From assembly GCA_000934665.2 (NCBI GenBank), contig JYFJ02001019.1, forward strand, positions 62,001-95,332: 33,332 nucleotides of DNA. Reading direction: 5' to 3'. A model generated the notes under the pieces. That model saw nothing but the letters and a program-made list of their open reading frames with translations. It had not been told where the DNA came from and did no database searches. Positions 1 to 9,300 of the stretch are shown in pieces. The number at the start of each line of letters is the position of its first letter. The stretch's first letter is position 1. This DNA is from Catajapyx aquilonaris. Taxonomy: Eukaryota. Position numbers and translations under genes: made by a program.

Positions 1-333
1 AATAATAATAATAATAATAATCCGGGTAGAGCTTGACCTCATCAGAGGTACGAGTATATAGCATGGACCTTCATTTGTGTCTCGTACATATATTGGAGCC
101 TTTTTATGTAACGCCCGGGCCCATGGGCAGGATGACAGGAGGGGATGTGCAAAGTGCAGTGCAATGTCTTGGGTGTGGTCATTTTGTGAACTCCCTGGGT
201 GGATTAGTCTGGAAATGCCATCCGAGACAAAGCCAGAGATGTCCCAACTCTGCACGAGATGAAGGGGGGAACCCCAGGCTGGGACCTTAACATCCGTGGG
301 CGCATACGTTACCGCAGCTCCACTCCGCCTCCC
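1..333 (-). mobile_element. tRNA-derived SINE, copy 1 (B-box deleted, (ATT)n tail)
   Basis: Bases ~100-333 align by eye with the copy at 31819-32171; the (AAT)n run at 1-21 is the tail; the head lacks the GTTCGATC segment. Confidence 0.8.
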
Positions 334-822
334 TCTATTTCGGCACTACAACCATATTTAGCATTTTCAGTAAAATTACAAAGCAGAGATGGTGGGTTAG
401 GTTTCTTTTATTTTGGTTATTGTATGATTATCAAGTCAGTTTCATTGCATATTATAGGTGGTAGAATTCTTGTCTATTCCTTTGAATCAAATTTACACCG
501 TGGGTGCTTGCCTGGGTGTAAGGCACAGTTGGCTCCATGTGAGAACATGCAGTCTGGATGACTGAACAAGGGACCCTAGTGTAGGGGATTCACTGATTAT
601 AATATGTAATAAATTAATATGATTTTTGAAATATGTTGTTAGTCATATTACCATCACCACTTCAGAGTAATCCATATGACAAAGACTGGGCATACTTGAT
701 AGTTATGTATGTAACAAGAGCATTGCTTAAGTACACTTTCTCAATTCCACAATAGATTTTACTTATGGGATATGGCTGATATGAGTTGTATTTTACTAAT
801 CTGTTTGCTCTCCTTTGTGTAG

Positions 823-1283
823 GTAATTTTCACACGGCAGGTTCACCCATATGCCCAGCTCTGCAAGCAGTACAGTGCCTGCCCGGAAGATGGTGTATTT
901 GGAATTTGTTTTGAAGATGAGGGCCTTCGCAGAGCATATGATTCCCTCCTAGAGCAGCGCTGCCGTTGCTGCCGTCACCGCCCTACCTTCCCATCTTTCA
1001 AGTTATTACAAGAACATGTTCGGAGGGAGCATGAGCTCTTCTACTGTGACCTATGTGTGGAACATCTGCGCATATTTACCTTTGAGAGGAGGTGTTATTC
1101 CAGAAAGGATCTGGCCAGGCATAGGAGGAAGGGAGACCCAGATGACACTTCCCACCGAGGTCACCCAAATTGTGAATTCTGTGACCGTCGGTACATAGAT
1201 TCAGACGAGCTCTATCGGCACTTGAGAAAGGACCACCTGTTTTGCCACTTTTGTGATGCGGATGGGTCACACAAATTCTACAG
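823..1283 (+). CDS. ZNF598: ZNF598 internal exon (C2H2 zinc-finger region)
   Basis: Acceptor ctcctttgtgtAG (821-822), donor GTatat at 1284; encodes VIFTRQ...HELFYCDLCVEHLRIFTFERRCYSRKDLARH...HLFCHFCDADGSHKFY. Confidence 0.93.
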
Positions 1284-4200
1284 GTATATCCACATTCCAT
1301 CATATGTAGTAATGAGCCAGTTTAAGTAGAAGGATTCTGGACTAGTTATCCTGAGTTAGGAATCGCCTGAGTAATGTCACATTATAAGAGTGGGAAGGAT
1401 AATGATCACCATTTACATAGGGTACGGTATTCCAACTATCTGGGTCATGTTAGTTGTGCGATTTCGCTGAAGTTGTCATTTTTGTGTAGCATTGTATGCC
1501 CCAATCCAGGTGCTCAGTATTCCCAGGAGGGGTCAAATACAGCAGCTTCTATGCAGTACACTTGGGCACCTCAATTGGGGTGCAACAAAAAAAATAACAG
1601 CTTGGAGAAAATTTTTCCATAACTAAAAGAACCCACATAATTGGAACACACTGTATATCACCGTGGATGTGGCTTTGGTGCTCTGAAATGAAACTGTAGC
1701 CAGGGAAAAGAAATTTAACAGCCTTGTAGTCAGCCCAACTCACAGACAGACTTTGAATGCAATTTTACTGACATCCACAGTGAATGGCCACCAATTATTT
1801 TTATTATTCTTTTTTGTGTAGAGCCCTCCAAATATTTACAAAAAATATGAGATGGCACCCCCCCAATTAGGGTGAAGTTCTTATGCATGTTTCACATGAG
1901 AGATGAAGTTTTCAGTGACTGCTCTTTGCAGTTCCTACGACTACCTGCGAGAGCACTTCCGAGACACCCACTATCTCTGTGAAGATGGTGAATGCAGGAT
2001 GGAAGCCTTCACCTCAGTCTTCCGCACTGAGATTGATCTCAAGGGTAAGTAGGGCCTATGCCCATCACTGATTGGATCACAAAAGGTTAACTGTGGGACT
2101 CACATGTGCGTGTTCATACTTATAAATGGCTGTAAAGGGATGAGGCGTATCATTGCATCTTTCAAATTTTAAATTCAATTCTACCACTATTGATTAGCAA
2201 TATTTAATTATACTTCCATATCGTAACGTTGGCAAAGTAAAAAGTTGTGCCTAGTTTAAAAGCATGTATCATCACTAGACTTTTCTCGGCAGCTCATAAA
2301 GCATCAACCCATTCTAAGAATTTGGGTAAGGCAGCAGCGAAGCAAGCGAGGTTATTGGAGCTAGAATTCACTTTGGCTCCAAGAAGAGGTGAGGAAGAGG
2401 AGCGTAGAGGAGGGCGGAAAGGGCACAGGCGTGACCCTGGAGTTGATGTTGAAGCTGAACCACTACCAGGAGGGCTGGACACAGCAAGCCAGAAGGACTT
2501 TCCAACTCTACTAGGTGGTGGAGCAGGGAGGGCCCTTGTCCCCCAAGGAAGCATGGCTCACAGATTAGCTGTCAATAATGGGTTAACTGTTAGAACATAT
2601 CGGCCCAGAGCTAAAGCCGCCTTGGATGAAGAAGATTTCCCAAGCTTAGGGGCCAGTGTTGGTGCAAATCCCAGGCCAAATCCTCCACCTCAGCAGCGCC
2701 CAAATGTCTCCATACGTGTAAGTTCCTCAGGGGCTAAACCAACACAAGTTGCTCCTAGGGTTACCCGGATGACTTCAACTAATAACATCCGCTGGGCCGA
2801 AACTGAAGATTTTCCGGCACTTGGGCCAGGGACCGGGCGCTCCAGTGTTTGGACACCACACACAGGGACAGGAGCCTGGAGTGGAGGTGGACCTGAGTCA
2901 TCTTGTCCAAAAAATGAACCTGTCCAACCCACACCTGAACCAGAAAAAACGAAGCTGACCTCCTTAGCAGTGACACCAACATTTACAGCACTTACTAAGA
3001 GCAAGAAGAAAGCAAGTTCGGTAATGATTCCAGTTGGAGGTGCCAACTACTCCAATGGGGTCAAGAAGGTTGAGTCGGTGGATCCAGATCCAGAGCCTCC
3101 ACCCCAGGCAGCAAAATCAGAGCTAAAAGTTGGGTCACTCTCAAGAGCTAAGGGACCACCCCCTGGTTTTGCATCTGGGCAGAACCCACCACCTGGGTTT
3201 TCACCAAAGGATTCCCCAGAGCACTCGTACGTCCAGCCAGTAGACTTTCCCCAACGGAATAGGGATTTGGTGACTCTGATTAAAAGTTTGCTGGATGAGG
3301 CGGCATTTGGGCGTTTCCGGAGCCTCTCTGGAAAGTTCCGAGGCGGACAGCTGTCAGCAGAAGAATACTACTGGCAGTGTGTGGATGTGTTGGGGTATGA
3401 GTCATTTCGGCAAGTTTTCCAGGAGCTGCTGGTACTTCTACCTGATATCTCCAGGCAACAGGTTAGATTTTCAGTTTCACAATTTTTTGTATTGAATAAA
3501 CACTATTGTAGTTTCCATTGCCAAACTAGGGAAAAAGCAGAGGCACATTAGTATTAGTTTAATTTCTTTTGTGCAGAAAGTGTAGCTATCTCAGTAGATG
3601 GCTGCATTACTGTGACATGATTGAAAAAGGAAATTGCAGGTGTAAACGTGGCTCCCAATGGCTGTGGCCCAACATATTTGCTTTGAAATTCCTGAACTGG
3701 ATTTTCTACATGACATCAGGTTTATATTAGCATTTTCTTTGGATTATTAAGGTGTGTTTACATATGAGTCATTTGATTGTGCCATGTCATCGCTAAACGA
3801 TAACAACGCTGAGTAACCAGAATTGTTTGAGGCATATCTCGATTGTTACTTTCACCTCAAACAACATCAGTAACTCTTGTTACTCAGCGTTATCATCACT
3901 CGGTGAAGACATCGCGTGATCAAATTGCCCACATGTAAACACACCTTTATTCAGCATTTTCTCTGTTGCAGGGAGGTTAAGGCATGTGAAGAGATCGTTT
4001 ATACAGTCGAAATTTGTGTTTGAGGATCCTCAAGTCCCTTGTGTGAAATGGCGTAGAATTTGCACATAACCTAAGCACATCTTCCCATATTCTTTAAATC
4101 TTCTCTAGGTTACTTATAATACCTAATATGATGTAAATTAAATGATATGTGAGTAATTTTAGACTGGATTGTATTGCTTAGCATGTGGCTAATTCAAATT

Positions 4201-5544
4201 CTTCTTTTTGGAATGGACTTCAAAATTACTATTTTTAAAAAATCTTTCCATACACGGTTGGCTGAATTGCAGATGCAGAACCTGCAGATAACAGAGTGCT
4301 CACAGTATTTTGTGACCAAAATATCCTCTGTCAGTATAAATTGAACACAAGACCTCCAAGATGACATTAAATGAGACAGGCATGGGATTTTGATCTAAAT
4401 GAAGCTTTCACCAGAATTGCAATGAGATTTTAGTGCAGTGGCAGATGAGACATGGCTCTACGTAGGGCCAGTTGCACCGATACCGCGTGTGGCATATGAT
4501 AAACCCGCAGTTCTTTCGGAAAATTCATACAAATTTGTGTGGATTTTCTGAAAGAACCACCGGTTTATCATGTACGCTGGGTGCAACCAGCCCCTAGTCA
4601 CATGTTTGTTAAAGTAAATCAATGTAAGCAACTGAAGGGTTTGCAGTGTTGCAAGAGCTGCAATCAAACCATGATGGCCTAAGGCAGTGGCTCCCAACAG
4701 AGGTCCTGCAAAAAAAAATATCATATAGTGTCCTGCTTGTGCAATTTATTTGTGTTTATAGTTTGATATAAGTATCCCCAGTACTGGTTGAATGGTATTG
4801 CAACTCTATTTACTATTTCACTTTTCACTGTGAAATATTGCATATGACTAGTCACAAGAAGTAGTATGTATACTGACAAGTGAGTGTAAAGTTATGGATG
4901 CCTTCAGATGCCTCGAGCAAAAAAAAAAGGTAGCGAACCACTGACCTAAGGTGTGTCCAAGGAGTTTCCTGGCCCAACAAGGCCGAAACTGTCACAGGGC
5001 AGGAGTGGTCAGGAACACAAAGTGACCATCTTGGCCAGGTTGACTATCTGCAAAGAGGTCTCCTGGCTGGCCAAGGTTGTGGCCCAGGCATGCTCAATAA
5101 GCAGCCCTCCCCATGAACTGATCTCCCTCTCCCTCCCTCTCAAATCACCAAACTACTCGAGAGGGGTTAATGTGGTCACTGATGGTGGCAAAACAGAAGA
5201 AATCACCTTGGGCTGCCAGAATTAGACCCATAATGTACAGTACACTTTACCTGATAGTATTCAGTATTTTGGGGAAAACTGTTACCCATAGCATTCATTG
5301 TGCTTTCTCTCTCTCAAAGGCTTTGCTGACGGTTCACCGAACCTGGAGCAGGCGAGAGCAAGCCAAGGAAGAGTCCAGCTCATCTTTTGTGGAGTGTGCC
5401 ACCTGCGGACAAGTGCTCCTTTCAAGAGACCTGAAATCACATGTCACCACACACTCACTACACAACCACTTCCCATCACTACCAGCTGCATCAACGTCGA
5501 GAATCACTACAATTGGAAGCCAACAAAAGTCTTGGCGGAAGTAA
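823..5544 (+). CDS. ZNF598: E3 ubiquitin ligase ZNF598 (Hel2 homologue), 5'-partial; join(823..1283,1932..2044,2293..3461,5320..5544)
   Basis: The spliced frame is continuous across GT-AG introns (1968 nt including stop). It contains YSRKDLARHRRKGDPDDTSHRGHP-C-FCD, YLREHFR..HYLCE..C..F..VFRTEIDLKAH, PPPGF motifs, LLVLLPD..RQQ and a C-terminal CxxC zinc finger followed by FPSL, all characteristic of ZNF598. The RING-coding exon(s) are not in the window. Confidence 0.95.
1425..1653. mobile_element. Degenerate Tc1/mariner-type MITE
   Basis: Imperfect ~35-bp inverted ends (cggtattccaactatctgggtcatgttagtt / aactaaaagaacccacataattggaacacactg) with TA on both sides. Confidence 0.55.
1932..2044 (+). 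CDS. ZNF598: ZNF598 internal exon
   Basis: Acceptor gctctttgcAG, donor GTaagt at 2045; encodes SYDYLREHFRDTHYLCEDGECRMEAFTSVFRTEIDLK (too short for the ORF track). Confidence 0.93.
2293..3461 (+). CDS. ZNF598: ZNF598 large exon (low-complexity region, PPPGF motifs, start of C-terminal helical domain)
   Basis: Acceptor ttttctcggcAG, donor GTtaga at 3462; lies inside ORF 2247..3551 and its phases are compatible with the flanking exons. Confidence 0.92.
3750..3946. mobile_element. PIF/Harbinger-type palindromic MITE
   Basis: TIR aggtgtgtttacat / atgtaaacacacct, 3-bp TTA duplication (3747-3749, 3947-3949); the arms stay roughly complementary inward. Confidence 0.75.
4004..4305 (+). mobile_element. 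Tigger/pogo-type MITE resembling MER2/MER2B
   Basis: Starts TA-CAGTCG and ends ggttggctgaattgcagatgcagaacctgcagata...cacag-TA; the internal 4024-4138 segment closely follows my recollection of the MER2 consensus. Confidence 0.7.
4465..4593. mobile_element. PIF/Harbinger-type MITE (same TIR family as 25390-27356)
   Basis: TIR gggccagttgcacc / ggtgcaaccagccc; the interior is also self-complementary (atgataaacc..gttctttcggaaaat / attttctgaaagaac..ggtttatcat). Confidence 0.7.
4685..4943. mobile_element. hAT (Charlie-like) MITE
   Basis: Ends cagtggctcccaac / gtagcgaaccactg; 8-bp TSD gcctaagg (4677-4684) / acctaagg (4944-4951). Confidence 0.7.
5320..5544 (+). CDS. ZNF598: ZNF598 last coding exon
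   Basis: Acceptor ctttctctctctcaaAG; encodes ALLTVH...ECATCGQVLLSRDLKSHVTTHSLHNHFPSL...WRK then TAA. Confidence 0.9.
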   Translation, partial: ALLTVHRTWSRREQAKEESSSSFVECATCGQVLLSRDLKSHVTTHSLHNHFPSLPAASTSRITTIGSQQKSWRK

Positions 5545-6182
5545 ATTGTGCTTCACCATTTGCCGCCCTGAATTTTTCAACCAACCTTTGTATGCAGAAC
5601 CCCACATTATTGTGCTAATTTTGGCCAATCCAAATTTCAACTGTACATGGTGAAATTTGTAACATGGACCTGGCAACATGTTGGATTTATGAAATATGTC
5701 AAGAGTGTCAAATCAAGACCTTAAAAAATAATGCACTTTGCATGTTTTATTTATGCATGCAACACCAATGTATCAAGTCATTTACCTTGCAGTGCTTCTG
5801 TTAAAGAGCATGCAAAGTGTCAAACAACCTTTAATTTTTCTAGGGTCACCATGTTTTTCAAGGATGTTCCCATGTTTACCCCCAATTTTCCCTACCAGCA
5901 GTAAAAATAAAAATTTCAACCACAAATATATTCCTACTGTCAAACGATTTTATTATCACGTAGTTACATTTCAACACAGTTCCCTTCCTTCCCCATCTCT
6001 CGTCAGCAGAGTTGAATGTCCCTCTTGAAATCCATCTTAATTTTTGCCCCCGAAACAGCCCCACCCTATACACACACACACAAATTCCCCAACAAAGAGT
6101 GCAATTCCCCAGTCCACTGGCTATAATGAACGTGACTGTCGCATTTTCTACACCCAATATCCATACTTGTCATTCAATGATT

Positions 6183-6321
6183 TTATCTCTTCTCCCCACT
6201 CCCTCCTTCCCTCTCCCTCCTCCTTTCTTTTGAATGAGATCGCCTTCTGCTGCTCCCATGGGACCTGGATGACCTGTGACCCCGGTCTCCACGCTCCCTG
6301 CTATGCGAGCGGTGATGGGAC
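6183..6321 (-). CDS. LUC7L: LUC7 last coding exon (RS tail)
   Basis: Acceptor aatttttgcAG; phase 2 matches exon 5; SHHRSHSRERGDR...GEKR then TAA. Confidence 0.85.
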
Positions 6322-9300
6322 CTGCAAAAATTATAGCAAATGTTAAACATGTATAGTTCTGGAATAATTACAAACTGCATTGGCAGAAGGGACCACTTTC
6401 ACAGCCCAGTCCTGAAGTACTTGACTGAATTTTTTCTAGGTGAAGTCGAATTCTGGCAACGTCCATGTGGGCAACCAACCTTTTCCGTGCCTATAACACT
6501 GGTTCCCAAACTTTTTTGGTCGCTGCCCACCTAATGAGCCATTTACACCTCGTCACCTCCTTACTGAGAGCTGCAAAAATCATGCTACACGATATATGTA
6601 TTGGTTTTTTTTTACGTACTGTGCTCTTGCTCCTCATTTCACAAGATCATTATTTTATAGTTTACAAAAAAATGTAAATCTCGCGGCCCATAGTTTGGGA
6701 ACCACTGGCCTATAAGCATCTGGGAACCAACCTGTTTTGGGATGGCCCAAACATCCCAGTGCAACCAGAGAAATAATTTAAAGATAGTCAGCTTTTGGAA
6801 GCAATATTCCTCGTGAAACTTAATCGACATTGGGAATGCAGAAGACACTTGCGAACTTGGGCTGACTATGCCTTGCCATTGCAACTTCACGTGTGTCACT
6901 ATGTCACAAGAGTCTCTGACATTCACAATTGTACATACAAGTGGGTGTTAAACCCTCTCCAAGCTACCCAACTGTTCCACCTACTTCTACAAGGCAGCTT
7001 CAAGGCAGCCACTGTGAAGATCGCAAAGGAATAATGGCCAACTACACCTGCAGTATCCTTGTAGAATATGGCCAATTCAATATTCCTTGGGCTCTCCCTA
7101 CACATCACTTGATTACAAACCTAGGGGAGCGGCTCCTAGATCGGCGCCTCTTTTCCCGTGAGGATGATCTAGATGACTTGGAGTGCCTGGATCGTGAATG
7201 GGATCTTGATCGAGACCTATGGCCTGAGCCTCCTCTCCTACCCCCATGGGATCCTTGCCCTCCCCCTCTGCCACTTCCATCACCTGGAGATCCACCTCTC
7301 CATTCTTCACCCCCACCACCAACTGCTCCTCCCATTGGCCCACCCATTACACCAGCCCTCCCACCCACATCATCCCTATCTCGATCATCCCTCTTCTTGC
7401 GACGGCGCTCCTCCACATTCTTCTGCAAGCAAAGAGAGTTAAAAAGATGCCATTAGTCTCATGTCACAGGGAAGAAGAATCAAGAAAATTCACGTCAGCA
7501 AGCCCTTTACGACTCCATTCTCTACCACAGCGTTTCTCAACATTTTTACCCTTGCGGAACCCCTGAAATAATATTCTCAGGAAATGAGGAAATCTCAGGA
7601 AACACCTTCAAAAAATTATTATATTATACTTTAAAATAATTTACATGTGATCAGCCTATGCAACACTATTTCTCGCGGAACGCCGGTTGAGAAACGCTGC
7701 TCTAGCATCTCCACAGCCATGTGCCAAATTGGCTTTCCCTCCCAAGCTAAACCAGAATTACAAGGGCGAATCAGAAAGTAATTGAAAACCTTTTTAATTC
7801 ATAAGTTTCACTAGAAAAACTGAAATTGTGATATACATATGAAAGGGCAAGTCTTTCTGTAATTTTAGACAAAATCACCATACACTTTGGTGCATTTGTC
7901 CCAGAGGGACACTAGTTTTCCCATACCGATGCAGAAAAAAGCGTCAGGCTGGGTGGGAAACCATTGGGGGATGGCCTCTTTCACTTCCTTGATGGCCTGC
8001 CTGGTGCTTCTTCATTGGTCTAAAGAGATGGTAGACCATTAAAACCACCTCTTTGGACCAAAAAAGAAGCACCTGGCAGGTCAGAACATCAGCGACATCG
8101 AGGAAGTGAAAGAGGCCATCCCCCACTGGCTTCCCACCCAGTCCGACACTTTTTTTCTGCAGGGGTATGGAAAAACTAGTGTCCTGCTGAGACAAATGCA
8201 CCCAAATGTATGGTGACTCTGTCTAAAATTAGAGAAAGACTTGTCCTTTTATATGTACAGGGTGTATCAGAAGTCAGTGCCTATTTTTATTTCCAAATAA
8301 CTTTCCAAAGGCAGTGAAACATGATTCAAAATGTGCAGGAAATCATGAGAATTTATCTGGGTGACACCTCATTGACACCTTGCTACTGTGTCGAGCACAG
8401 CTTGACACTTCTTCCGCGGGGGCGCTGTTAGCAGGTGCAGGTGGACACGTCTTTGTATGGTGGCGCTGATAACGCAGAGAGCGAGAGAGGTGGTCCAACA
8501 TTTTGTTCACAGCTGACCCTGTTATCAGCGCCACCACGGCAAGACGTGTCAACCTGTGCCTGATAACAGCGCCCTGCAGAAGAAGTGTCAAGCTGCACCC
8601 GACACAGTAGCAAGGTGTCACTGAGGTATCACCCAGATAAATTCTCATGATTTCCCGCACATTTTCAATCATGTTTCACTTCCGTAGGTGTCCTCGTTGT
8701 AAATGTATTCAGAAATAAAAATACGCCCCGACTTCTGATACACCCTGTATATCTCAATTGCAGTTTTTCTGGTGAAACTTCCGAATTTAAAAAGTTTTCA
8801 ATTACCTTCTGATTCGCCCTCGTATATTCTTGAAACATTTTAACTCACCTTGCATCATTATTTTATTGGTGCCTTTTTTCATGTAATACCAGTAACCAAT
8901 AGCTCTCGCGCCCATATTATATTTCACCTGATTGCAAGTTCAAGTAAGATTCAAGTGATTAATTATGCAAAGATCATGTATATGTGATCAAATCCAACAT
9001 TACAAGTACTGGATGTCATACTCCATTCTATGTTACTGTTCAGGTGTTGAGGTTTAAAGGTACACAGAACACAATGCATGATAACTCTACATGATGATAT
9101 GGGAGTTATGAAATAGTTGCACACCCCTACTTTTAACAGTAATGCGTCTGAACAGGTTCGGTAATTTTGGCATGAAAGATCTGTAATCCTTTAGGGACAT
9201 GGTTTAGAACTAATACTCACCTGCAGTTCTGCAAGCTTCTCCCTGATCTTGATGAACCCAAGATGCAGCTTCCCTCCAAAATGATCGGCCAGCCTACGAT

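Noticed and set aside
22..50. Minus-strand CTGATGAG in the SINE tail as a hammerhead core
   Set aside because: No downstream GAAA or stem II before the (ATT)n tail.
4971..4995. ggcccaacaaggccgaaac resembles stem II plus GAAAC of a minimal hammerhead ribozyme
   Set aside because: The required upstream CTGANGA core is absent (the preceding bases are ggagtttcct) and no stem I/III can be drawn.
6929..7456. 175-aa Pro/Leu-rich plus-strand ORF
   Set aside because: Antisense shadow of the G-rich/RS LUC7 exon 5.
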